IMG/VR virus record: IMGVR_UViG_3300025018_000391
Location: 1-31,491 of that record
Source: a virus
Taxonomy: Duplodnaviria; Caudoviricetes
Length of the DNA: 31,491 nt
Reading direction: 5' to 3' (one strand)
The notes beneath the pieces were generated by a model that saw only the letters and a program-made list of their open reading frames with translations, was not told where the DNA came from and did no database searches. The position numbers were made by a program, and so were the translations under genes. This document shows positions 10,065 through 18,311 of this stretch, one piece after another. How positions within the stretch are numbered: the first letter of the stretch is position 1; every line of letters begins with the position of its first letter.

Positions 10065-11111
10065 TCAAGTAACGATTTCTAATACAGGCTTTTCTGAATT
10101 AATACTCTCAATTCTAGGTTTTTTAGAGTAAATTTCAAGTCTAGGTTTTTCACTTTCCACTATTATTTTCATCTTTTTAGGTACAACATTAATAAATATT
10201 TGACTTTCTTCAACTTCTATTGTGGGTTTTCCAAAAGGAACATACGGGTATAAAGATATACTTTCTGTGACAGTTGCCGTGTCTGAGGTTGAGGCAAAAA
10301 GTTCTGGAAGTAAGACGGATACACCTTGTCCTATGATTATTCTTCCTCCATCTTCCTGTACAAGATATGCCCCATTTTCAGCAAGTAAATAAAAATTAGT
10401 TCCTGATTCGGTAACTTCAATTGAGTCAGATACAGAGATTGAAGAAATAAGATTTGTTTTTACATTTTCATTTAAAGTTACTGATTCAGATTTGTTTATA
10501 TAAGACTCTAAAAGTATTTCTATTGATTCACTTACCGTTATATTTTCAGTTACATCTACAGATTGTGGAATCAAAGCAGATAGTTGATCTGCAATACTTA
10601 TAGATTCGGCTACAGAGATATAGCTTTCAAGAAGTTCTTTTGTTGATTCGCTTATCTCTATCGAATCTGACACACCAAGATAAAGCTCTGGTATAAGAAG
10701 TGAAACATTTTCAGATATTGAGACATTTTCAGTTACGAAAATATTAGAAGGAAAGTCAATACCTACTGTTTCTGATATTGAAATATTGTCTGTTACGGAT
10801 ATGTTTGATTCGAGTAAGACATTTACTGATTCAGCCAATGAGATATTATCAGATACCAAGATATAGCTTTCAAGTTCTAGCTTTACAGACTCAGATACTG
10901 TTATTGAGTCGTTGACATTTATCTCCTGATCAACACCCTCCATTCCCACATTTATAAGCTCACTTACTGTAATATTATCTGAGACTGAGAGGGGAAGCTC
11001 TATAAGAAGTGAAACATTTTCAGATACAGCTACACTATCAGAGACCGTTATGGATAATGTATCAAGAAGAATCGTACCTGAATATTCCAAACCATATTGA
11101 TTTCCATACAT
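10065..11111 (-). CDS. Acidic repeat protein (~12 x 20-aa I-x-V-x-D/E-x-I-x-V-S-E repeats), probably a virion appendage component
   Basis: Repeats visible in the translation. DNA repeat TATAAGAAGTGAAACATTTTCAGATA at ~10692 and ~11001. Confidence 0.65.
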   Translation of the reverse strand: MYGNQYGLEYSGTILLDTLSITVSDSVAVSENVSLLIELPLSVSDNITVSELINVGMEGVDQEINVNDSITVSESVKLELESYILVSDNISLAESVNVLLESNISVTDNISISETVGIDFPSNIFVTENVSISENVSLLIPELYLGVSDSIEISESTKELLESYISVAESISIADQLSALIPQSVDVTENITVSESIEILLESYINKSESVTLNENVKTNLISSISVSDSIEVTESGTNFYLLAENGAYLVQEDGGRIIIGQGVSVLLPELFASTSDTATVTESISLYPYVPFGKPTIEVEESQIFINVVPKKMKIIVESEKPRLEIYSKKPRIESINSEKPVLEIVT

Positions 11112-11131
11112 ACATATTTATTTATTTATTA

Positions 11132-11857
11132 TTAAAATGATCCTGCATATCTATTTGAGATTAAACCTAACTGTCTTGACCTTCTTTGCGCTTTTAAATA
11201 TTGTTCTGCTTTATATCCATTATTATAGAGTTCTTTTACTTGTGCTGGATTCAATGCGATATTAAATACCGAAAGTTCATCTATCTTTCCATCAAAATAA
11301 TAAGCATTATAAGCGCCAGCTCGACCTATCGCTGTTTCATTTGTTATATTATTATTCCAAGCTGGACCATTTGTTTTTCCAGCTAAATATACACCATTTT
11401 TATAAACATCAACATTGTTGGTTGCGGTAGTAGTAAAAACAAAAGTATAAAATGCTCCATTTGTAACTGCCGCATAAGTTTCAACTGCGCCTGGGTCACC
11501 AAGTCCTCCTACTTTTAGTCCGCCATACATCAATATAAAAATATTTGCCCATTGATCAGCAGCAGGATTTCTTGCCCAAAGATAACGGACACTATCAGTC
11601 CCCTTATCTACCATACAAAAACTAATAGTAAAATTTAAGAAATCAAATTTACTTGTTCCTAAACTAATTCTTCCAGTCGATCCATTAAAAACAGCGTGTT
11701 GATTAAAAGAATTAGCTCCATACGCATAAGACATTGCAGTATCTGATCCATTTACATTACCTTTTGAATCCAGCGAATTACCATTCATCGGATAATAGGC
11801 ATACAGATTAGGATGATTATATAAAAATGAATTGAGCAGTTCTATTTTTGCTGGCAT
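11132..11857 (-). CDS. LamG/concanavalin A-like lectin domain protein (putative receptor-binding)
   Basis: LYAYYPMNGNSLDS, VYKNG, AIGRAG..YFDGKIDELSVFNIALNPAQVKELYN. Start moved to ATG 11857, just after the upstream stop. Confidence 0.85.
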   Translation of the reverse strand: MPAKIELLNSFLYNHPNLYAYYPMNGNSLDSKGNVNGSDTAMSYAYGANSFNQHAVFNGSTGRISLGTSKFDFLNFTISFCMVDKGTDSVRYLWARNPAADQWANIFILMYGGLKVGGLGDPGAVETYAAVTNGAFYTFVFTTTATNNVDVYKNGVYLAGKTNGPAWNNNITNETAIGRAGAYNAYYFDGKIDELSVFNIALNPAQVKELYNNGYKAEQYLKAQRRSRQLGLISNRYAGSF

Positions 11858-11858
11858 A

Positions 11859-12218
11859 TTAGTCGGTGATACTATTAACAAATCCATTTATCATTATCAC
11901 GTTGGCTGTAGCTGCAAAAGCCTTTACTACTAATCCATTTTGAAGAATGGCGCCAAAAGTAATTTGAATATACCCACTTTCTGCTGGTATAGTCACTTCA
12001 ATGTTTCCATCAGGTGCAGTTGCCTCTCCCCATTCAAGAGTTAGCTTAACGTCAGAAGTTGAAGAATTAACAGCCCAAAGCCATATCTCATCAAATGTTC
12101 CAGCAGTAGTTCCCGCAACCGCAGTATGAATAGTCGTACCTGCTGTTGCCGTTGCAACAACTTTTATTTGTTTACCATCTGTTGATCCTGAAAGTTTTCG
12201 TTTTACAATATACGACAT
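11859..12218 (-). CDS. Small virion structural/adaptor protein
   Basis: LSGSTDGKQIKVVATATAGTTIHTA...DEIWLWAVN...INGFVN beta-sandwich pattern typical of phage structural proteins. Confidence 0.65.
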   Translation of the reverse strand: MSYIVKRKLSGSTDGKQIKVVATATAGTTIHTAVAGTTAGTFDEIWLWAVNSSTSDVKLTLEWGEATAPDGNIEVTIPAESGYIQITFGAILQNGLVVKAFAATANVIMINGFVNSITD

Positions 12219-12236
12219 ATACTTTTATAATAATTT

Positions 12237-12593
12237 TTAACTAAAAACTTGATTTTCTAATACGTTCGATTTATTTTCTATTTCTGCTGAATTTGCATCA
12301 TATATATCAAAATCTGTTGTTACTGTTTGTGCTGTGGTTACTGGGATTCCCTGTGCTCTTACTATGGTGAGAGTTGTTGTGCCAGCAGCAGATGAGCCAC
12401 CCGTTACTTTTACTATCTCACTATTTGCACGTGTTGGAGCAGTATCTACTGGTACAAGAACTGCCCAATAAGGGTATGCATCTGGTAAATAAGCGGCATT
12501 AGAATCTGTTACACCAAGTGAAGTACCACTGGTTGCAGGATCGGGAGCTACGGATATAGCTACCCGTGATAGGTCTGTATGTACTCGTGTCAT
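12237..12593 (-). CDS. Small virion structural protein (fiber N-terminal-like module)
   Basis: SEIVKVTG...TLTIVRAQG motif seen in phage fiber anchor modules; ends NQVFS. Confidence 0.6.
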   Translation of the reverse strand: MTRVHTDLSRVAISVAPDPATSGTSLGVTDSNAAYLPDAYPYWAVLVPVDTAPTRANSEIVKVTGGSSAAGTTTLTIVRAQGIPVTTAQTVTTDFDIYDANSAEIENKSNVLENQVFS

Positions 12594-12641
12594 AATAATA
12601 AAAAATTAAATTCTAACTATAATTATAAACTAAATTGTCAT

Positions 12642-12672
12642 AAAAAAACTCTGGGCTTTATCCACCCAGAGT
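12642..12672 (-). terminator. Rho-independent terminator closing the methyltransferase-GT2 cassette
   Basis: Minus strand ACTCTGGG-tggataaag-CCCAGAGT followed by a T-run. Confidence 0.8.
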
Positions 12673-12873
12673 CTCTGAAATATTCATTTCATCTTTTACA
12701 GATATACTAAGCACAGGAGGCCCACGCCCTTCTTCCTTTATAATCGTTATAATCAATGGCTCTCTGTCGTCAGACATAACATAATCGTCAATGATCCGAT
12801 TGATCTCTCTTTTGAGATCATCTACGGTATCAAAGACTCTGATTGTTTCTTTTACTTGTATTTTTAGTGTCAT
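12658..12873 (-). CDS. Hypothetical protein (71 aa)
   Basis: ATGA overlap with the GT2 stop. Both ends resemble the repeat unit of 10065-11111. Confidence 0.6.
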   Translation of the reverse strand: MTLKIQVKETIRVFDTVDDLKREINRIIDDYVMSDDREPLIITIIKEEGRGPPVLSISVKDEMNISETLGG

Positions 12874-13658
12874 GCCCATTTTGGAAATTGTTCACCACGA
12901 GCGTTTATATGCTTGCAAAAAATTCTTGTATCTACTAAGAATGGATTTTTTTTCTTCGCGATATCCTTCCATCCCGCCTTTTCAAGATACTTACCTTCTA
13001 TCACTCTTGTACACCAGTCAAGATCAGATGTTCCGCTTGTCGAGCTATACTCCCTCTCCTGCGGATCAAACCAAAGCTTTCTTGGCGTATCAAATACTCT
13101 TCTTGTCTTTACGTCATTTGCCATATATTCAGGGCTGTCTTTCCACATCTCTTTTAAAATTGAGGTGTGTATTAACAAACATCCAGTCGGCACTCCATCA
13201 GCCCAAACTTGATCTCCTATCTTAAACTTTGTATAGCAAGACGTTCCCCGTCCCCGAAATACCAATGGCTCGCTTGGCTCGCTTTTGGTGTAATAAAGCC
13301 CCGATATAACAGGTACTTCTGCACGCCTGATATGCTCATTAAAAAGCACTACCGCATTTTCAGGAAGTACATTATCCTGCTCAACAAGCCAAAGCCATTC
13401 AAACTTCTTTTCAATCGCTTCTTTAATTATAACATTTTGTGCATCAGCAACCAAGTACCCTTGTGGGGCATATGGATTTAAAAATTGTACATATTGCACC
13501 TGTGACCAATTTATGGGGATTATCTGTCCGTAGCGTGCCATTACCCATTCCATCCGTACCTCGCCAGTTGTTGGCGTTGCAATAAGTAGACGATTTACAT
13601 GGCCACCGCCTGCATTCTTTTTAACAGTTCTATATTTTATTGTTGGTCTATTTTTCAT
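12870..13658 (-). CDS. GT-A fold (GT2-like) glycosyltransferase with atypical EQD in place of DxD
   Basis: LLIATPT, VADAQNVII, WLWLVEQDNVLP, VISGLYYTK, ADGVPTGCLLIHTSIL, SDLDWC, VDTRIFCKHI. Start taken at ATG 13658. Confidence 0.8.
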   Translation of the reverse strand: MKNRPTIKYRTVKKNAGGGHVNRLLIATPTTGEVRMEWVMARYGQIIPINWSQVQYVQFLNPYAPQGYLVADAQNVIIKEAIEKKFEWLWLVEQDNVLPENAVVLFNEHIRRAEVPVISGLYYTKSEPSEPLVFRGRGTSCYTKFKIGDQVWADGVPTGCLLIHTSILKEMWKDSPEYMANDVKTRRVFDTPRKLWFDPQEREYSSTSGTSDLDWCTRVIEGKYLEKAGWKDIAKKKNPFLVDTRIFCKHINARGEQFPKWA

Positions 13659-14154
13659 AAGAAGGATCAATTCTACGCTTTTCTAAAATTATTTCCATAT
13701 TTCCATACGAACGCCATAAACTATGTTTTATTTTCCAGGGTCTAGGGCGGTAAAAACGGTATAAACCCGATGGATCAAGAGGATCAAAATAAGTCCATGT
13801 AGTTTCATTACAAGGATTGCAATGTGTAGGGTCTTGCCAGTAGCCATGAGAACCCGCATACGGAGTTGCGATCATAAACTCTCCCCCATATTTAAGTATC
13901 CGCCAAACCTCATCCATAAACCGTAAAAATACCCCACCATGAGGGTCTATATGTTCAACCAAGTGAGAAGCGAGTGCCATGTGGAAAGATTCTGAAGGAA
14001 GTGGCCAAGGAGTTTTTTCTACATTCCAGACTAAATCTACGCCTTTATATTTTGTGTAGTCAATGCCAAAAAAATGTTCTTGCTTACCTTCACCGCAACC
14101 GATATCGATTCCTTTATAATCCGCAAGGCTTTCTTTGGTAAATTTTGACTTCAT
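13648..14154 (-). CDS. Class I SAM-dependent methyltransferase (Methyltransf_11-like)
   Basis: IDIGCG, ASHLVEHI, DEVWRILKYGG, WQDPTH motifs. Confidence 0.88.
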   Translation of the reverse strand: MKSKFTKESLADYKGIDIGCGEGKQEHFFGIDYTKYKGVDLVWNVEKTPWPLPSESFHMALASHLVEHIDPHGGVFLRFMDEVWRILKYGGEFMIATPYAGSHGYWQDPTHCNPCNETTWTYFDPLDPSGLYRFYRPRPWKIKHSLWRSYGNMEIILEKRRIDPSYEK

Positions 14155-14160
14155 GTAGTA

Positions 14161-14188
14161 ATTATAACATCATGTCATGTCGTGTCAA
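14161..14188 (-). promoter_or_regulatory. Sigma70-type promoter, leaderless, for the SAM methyltransferase
   Basis: TTGACA-16-TATAAT with extended TG; ATG 6 nt downstream. Confidence 0.75.
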
Positions 14189-14242
14189 TATGAAATGTTA
14201 TGTTGATCTAGGGGGTAGTGTTTTATTTAGAGCCTTGTGACG

Positions 14243-14722
14243 CTACGAAAAGACTATATCGTAGCTGGCATTAACATTTTGATTTGTGGCGCAAGCTGAG
14301 CTAGCGTATGTGTTTCCCGCAAATAACGTTCCAACTGCAGCCTCAGATGTATTAAACAAACCAATATTTGAAATATTCTTACTTGCTGTTACAAACGCAT
14401 CAGAACTGGCAAATGTAGCCGTAAATCGTACTGTTTTTGATCCAGATGACGTTGCCGCTGTTACTGCCGCACGCACCGATTGTTCGCCTGCAAGAGCTGT
14501 ATCACCTGCCGCTGGTGCTCCACCCGTTCCAATTGCCGCATGAGATACATATTTGGAACCTGCAATTGAACCAAGTGCTGATACCAAATATTGATTGAAA
14601 CCAAGATTGGTTACCTGATTTTCATGCCAACCAGAATCGCCCACAATCTTAGTATCGTCGCCTTGTGCTGTCAGTTGAACCCGAAACATTCCTTTTACTT
14701 TTATTCCATCTGATTTTTTCAT
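14243..14722 (-). CDS. Virion structural protein (tail-fiber N-terminal/collar-like)
   Basis: ENQVTNLG...AIGTGGAPAAGDTALAGE...ISNIGLFN...GTLFA pattern common in phage fiber-base proteins. Confidence 0.7.
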   Translation of the reverse strand: MKKSDGIKVKGMFRVQLTAQGDDTKIVGDSGWHENQVTNLGFNQYLVSALGSIAGSKYVSHAAIGTGGAPAAGDTALAGEQSVRAAVTAATSSGSKTVRFTATFASSDAFVTASKNISNIGLFNTSEAAVGTLFAGNTYASSACATNQNVNASYDIVFS

Positions 14723-14731
14723 ATAAGTATT

Positions 14732-15079
14732 TTAACTTTCGTAATAAATATTAATAACAAAGTCTCTTGCAGCAGCTTGCGCTCCCGATGCGGTAATTGT
14801 TACCTGCGGATTGTGAAGGGGCTGATTAAAATAATTGTTATTTGCATCAATATATTTTGCGACTACTGAATTTTCTGCCAAAGTCGCAAACGTTTGGATT
14901 GTAGCACCTTCCTCATCAATAAGTGTTACGGTATATGTATCACTATCATCCAAGTCCGGAGCGTCAACAACAATTCCTCGTAAAAGACCGTTTATAGGCA
15001 CAACACCCGAAGTCTTTGTCGTCCCGCTTGAAGCAATAGTTACAGGGACTGCATACTTTTTTATTCTGTTATATGACAT
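14732..15079 (-). CDS. Small beta-rich putative structural protein
   Basis: 115 aa ORF inside the morphogenesis module, preceded by TATAAT-N6-ATG. Confidence 0.55.
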   Translation of the reverse strand: MSYNRIKKYAVPVTIASSGTTKTSGVVPINGLLRGIVVDAPDLDDSDTYTVTLIDEEGATIQTFATLAENSVVAKYIDANNNYFNQPLHNPQVTITASGAQAAARDFVINIYYES

Positions 15080-15086
15080 ATATATA

Positions 15087-15338
15087 TTATACTAAAATAG
15101 AAGAAGATTTGTAACTCTCATTTTTATGACCTGACTTTAGCGCATCAACTTTGAACATAAACAGCTTCAAGAAATAGTTATTACGGGCGTTTATCTCTCC
15201 CAAAAAGTTACTTTCTCGTTTCTTTTTCTCCATGTCGTTGTAAAAATCAATGGTTTTTCCCACATGCTTTCCACCTAAAATCCCGTCAATCTTTCCTGTT
15301 TTTTTCAGTCTTTCCTGTTCTTCAAGTACCGATGGCAT
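15087..15338 (-). CDS. Hypothetical protein
   Basis: 83 aa ORF tightly packed with its neighbours. Confidence 0.55.
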   Translation of the reverse strand: MPSVLEEQERLKKTGKIDGILGGKHVGKTIDFYNDMEKKKRESNFLGEINARNNYFLKLFMFKVDALKSGHKNESYKSSSILV

Positions 15339-15341
15339 AAG

Positions 15342-16091
15342 CTAATTTGGTAATTTATTATTTAAAAATCCAGCTTCTTGTAATTCTTTAAGAGATATTT
15401 TTTTTATATCAACTCCCTTAGATTGCTTCATTCCATCAGTTCGTGCCCTATAAATAAACGCACTCATTTGAAGCAAGTCCACCGTCTTGTAATGAGAGCA
15501 TACATAGTCATAATGTGTCCAGATTTCAAAACCTGCATCTTTACATTTAAGACAAAACGCCAGATCATCATTTGTGATAAGAATGCCTTCCTCATCATAC
15601 AAATCTTCAAACGGCTTTTTTACTTTTTCCAAAACCTCACGTTTGATTATAATGCAACAAGTCCCTGCCGCATCTATTTTTACCAGTCCTTTTCTCTTTT
15701 CAGGAGGAACTTGTACAAAGTCTATGTTATCTTTAGAGTGATTTTTTCCAAACATATAAGTATGAATATGCACCCCATTATCATCCCGTCCTGGAGTTGG
15801 AACTGATATTACATCTTTTTCATATTTCAAAAGTTCGAAGATATTCTGTACAGGAGGATTGTCGTCATCTATCATAATTAAGTAATCCTGATCTGAATTG
15901 AGAAAATCTTTCACAATACGATTCCTGTTGTTTGCTATTGGTCTGAAGGCATAACGAGCAGGGAAGAAAGCAAAGCTATATTGATCCCGCATATCCATTT
16001 GCCACTGGATAAGCTGTGTTTCCATACCAGCCGAAGTCGTACCCTGATTTAGTATACAAACCATCACTTTTTTTCGTTTATCTTCTGACAT
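15342..16091 (-). CDS. GT-A fold (GT2-like) glycosyltransferase
   Basis: IANNRNRIVKDFL, YLIMIDDD (DxD), IDAAGTCCIIIKREVLEK, DDLAFCLKCKDAGFEIW, CSH. Confidence 0.85.
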   Translation of the reverse strand: MSEDKRKKVMVCILNQGTTSAGMETQLIQWQMDMRDQYSFAFFPARYAFRPIANNRNRIVKDFLNSDQDYLIMIDDDNPPVQNIFELLKYEKDVISVPTPGRDDNGVHIHTYMFGKNHSKDNIDFVQVPPEKRKGLVKIDAAGTCCIIIKREVLEKVKKPFEDLYDEEGILITNDDLAFCLKCKDAGFEIWTHYDYVCSHYKTVDLLQMSAFIYRARTDGMKQSKGVDIKKISLKELQEAGFLNNKLPN

Positions 16092-16097
16092 GACATT

Positions 16098-16106
16098 ATT
16101 ATACCA
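16098..16106 (-). promoter_or_regulatory. Extended -10 leaderless promoter for GT2
   Basis: TGGTATAAT-aatgtc-ATG immediately after a terminator. Confidence 0.65.
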
Positions 16107-16137
16107 AAAAAAACCAGCCCCGAGTGATCGGAGCTGG
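16106..16137 (-). terminator. Rho-independent terminator ending the head operon
   Basis: Minus strand CCAGCTCCGA-tcac-TCGGGGCTGG followed by T8. Confidence 0.85.
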
Positions 16138-16190
16138 AAAATCTATCATATACTTTGAATACGACTAGGATATTGAATATTATTGTGTAG

Positions 16191-16442
16191 TCAATTTCCC
16201 TTTGCGCTATTTTTAGCGGTTTTAGATTTAATTAATTCACTTTTAGATTGATCAGCTTTTGGATCGAGTATTTTTTTGAATACTCTATACTCACCCTGTA
16301 AACGGAGCTGTTCCTCTCTAATTTCGGCTAAATGTTGATCAATTTTACGTCGCTCTTGGATTTTACTCTGACGAGCAGACTCTAAATTGTTGAACCCCTG
16401 TTCAATAGCTTTTAGCTGACTTTCGATATTAACGTTCTCCAT
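16191..16442 (-). CDS. Small coiled-coil protein, possibly a fiber chaperone
   Basis: Heptad pattern ...EEQLRLQGEYRVF; preceded by an SD-like GGGGGGGTGA. Confidence 0.65.
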   Translation of the reverse strand: MENVNIESQLKAIEQGFNNLESARQSKIQERRKIDQHLAEIREEQLRLQGEYRVFKKILDPKADQSKSELIKSKTAKNSAKGN

Positions 16443-16484
16443 AGGTCTTAATTCACCCCCCCCGAATCATAAATTACTAATCTA

Positions 16485-18239
16485 TTAAGCAAGCACTGTG
16501 CCTACCCAACTGGTTCCATCATACACCCACAGCTTCTTAGCGTCTACTTCAAAGAAAATAGAGCCTTGAGTTGTACCTGATGGTGAAGCAGTGGCATGGA
16601 AAGGTATAACCAATCCATCACCAGCTCCATCGCCTATTGCTGTCAAAACTGCTGTTGCACTTGCCGTTATAGTATCTGCTCCGTGGTCTACGGTAAGCGC
16701 CGCGCCTGATGCTGTATTAAAGATCACATTAGTATCAACGTCTGATCCAAACTTGATATTATCATTTGCCGTTACCGCATCAATATCAAGGTCTGCGCCG
16801 TCAAAGTCCATGGTTACGCCATCTGGGGTCTCAGTTCCCCCAATACGCAAAACCGTACTATCTGTGAGGAATAGAGAGTCTGCTGATTCGTCCCATTCTA
16901 CATACTTACCTGCTGTTGCGCCAAATGCCTTGAAGTCTGCTCCAGTATCATTAACTCCCAGAGTTAACGCCTCATCAAATTGAACCTTACCCGTATCTAC
17001 AAACAAGCCTTCATTACTTGTTGAGGCAATATAAACAGTATAAGAAGTTGCCGCAGCAGCACCCGTATCTTCAAAATATCCCGCAATACCGTTTGTAGCC
17101 CCAGCTTGGGCTCCTGTAGATGAAGCATAGATAAGTTGTCCAGTTGTGGCATTTGCCCCTGTAGAATCAACTCTTATAGCATTTCCAGCCAATACTCCAG
17201 TAACATCAACATGGATTATACCTTCTCCATTTGTTCCTGTAGCAGCTCCCGTTATATCAAGAGCCGTCTGACCAAGCATATTTGCCATTGGGATATTTAT
17301 GACATTTCCAGTTCTGGTTGCATCAGCCGCAATGTTAATTGAGGCCAAATCCCCATTGTGGATAATATCAATACCCTTAGCATTACCCGTCCCATTATGG
17401 TCAATAAGTAATGCTGGCCCAGTATCACCTGTATGAGTTGCTTCAATTTCAACTACTGCTGATGTCGCTCCTGATAAATTTCTCTTGAAATAAGACGTTT
17501 CATCAGTTGTAGTATCTATCTCTAGCTTACCCTCATCCATATCCACATTTCCATCGGTCATCTGAAATGACCCTGCTGTGATAATTAGGTAATCAGTTGC
17601 AGCGGTCGTACCAGCTATGGTAAATGTCTTTGTTGAAGATAATGCAGTATCATCTCCAAGAGTAATGTCTCCTGATCCAATCGTGCTTATACTTACTCCA
17701 CCAGTACCATTACCATCAAGTGTCAAATCCCCATTGGTCGTTGCCGCAGATAGAGCATCCATAGCAATAGATCCAATATTAGCTGTTCCTGTAACGGTTA
17801 AATTGGTATCAACTACCAAATTTCCCGAAACATCCATATTTCCAACAACTTCTACTTTTCCTGCCGTTGTACCATCCAGATAAGCGGTCGCATTTACATA
17901 CATTCTATCAATGTAAGAATTTGCCCAGAAGATAGAAGATGATCCTAAATCGTCTGTTGAATCAGTATCAGAAGTAACATCTGTGTTAACTGCAACCGCA
18001 GCAAGATTATCAAGAGCTAAAGAAGCTCCAGAACCTCCTGCCGTATCGAGTGCCGCCCATGAAGAACCATCGGAAAAGTACACTTTGTTGTTGGTTGCAT
18101 CATAGACAATTCCTCCTTCATTTGCAGCTGCCGCTGTTGGAAGCGAAGCATTTGCAATTTCAGGAAGTTGAAAAAATTTATGGTCATCAGGGCTTGAATT
18201 TCCAGCCTTTGTAAAGACCAAGTTTCTATTTTTAATCAT
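16485..18239 (-). CDS. Long Gly/Ala/Thr-rich virion fiber (possible head fiber/decoration)
   Basis: 584 aa directly after the capsid gene. Related G-x-I-x-[YF]-[DE]...K..[YV]..DG.SW modules at both termini, beta-repeat middle. Confidence 0.7.
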   Translation of the reverse strand: MIKNRNLVFTKAGNSSPDDHKFFQLPEIANASLPTAAAANEGGIVYDATNNKVYFSDGSSWAALDTAGGSGASLALDNLAAVAVNTDVTSDTDSTDDLGSSSIFWANSYIDRMYVNATAYLDGTTAGKVEVVGNMDVSGNLVVDTNLTVTGTANIGSIAMDALSAATTNGDLTLDGNGTGGVSISTIGSGDITLGDDTALSSTKTFTIAGTTAATDYLIITAGSFQMTDGNVDMDEGKLEIDTTTDETSYFKRNLSGATSAVVEIEATHTGDTGPALLIDHNGTGNAKGIDIIHNGDLASINIAADATRTGNVINIPMANMLGQTALDITGAATGTNGEGIIHVDVTGVLAGNAIRVDSTGANATTGQLIYASSTGAQAGATNGIAGYFEDTGAAAATSYTVYIASTSNEGLFVDTGKVQFDEALTLGVNDTGADFKAFGATAGKYVEWDESADSLFLTDSTVLRIGGTETPDGVTMDFDGADLDIDAVTANDNIKFGSDVDTNVIFNTASGAALTVDHGADTITASATAVLTAIGDGAGDGLVIPFHATASPSGTTQGSIFFEVDAKKLWVYDGTSWVGTVLA

Positions 18240-18264
18240 GAAAGTAAATTGAATTTATAATAGT

Positions 18265-18297
18265 TATCCCCCCTCTGACTCATCGCCAGAGGGGATA
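18265..18297 (-). other. Stem-loop after the major capsid gene (weak terminator or mRNA stabiliser)
   Basis: CCCCTCTG...CAGAGGGG stem with no strong U-tract. Confidence 0.5.
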
Positions 18298-18311
18298 CTT
18301 CATTAACTAAC

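Noticed and set aside
11132-11857. Diversity-generating retroelement target in the lectin gene
   Set aside because: No reverse transcriptase or template/variable repeat pair was seen in the window.
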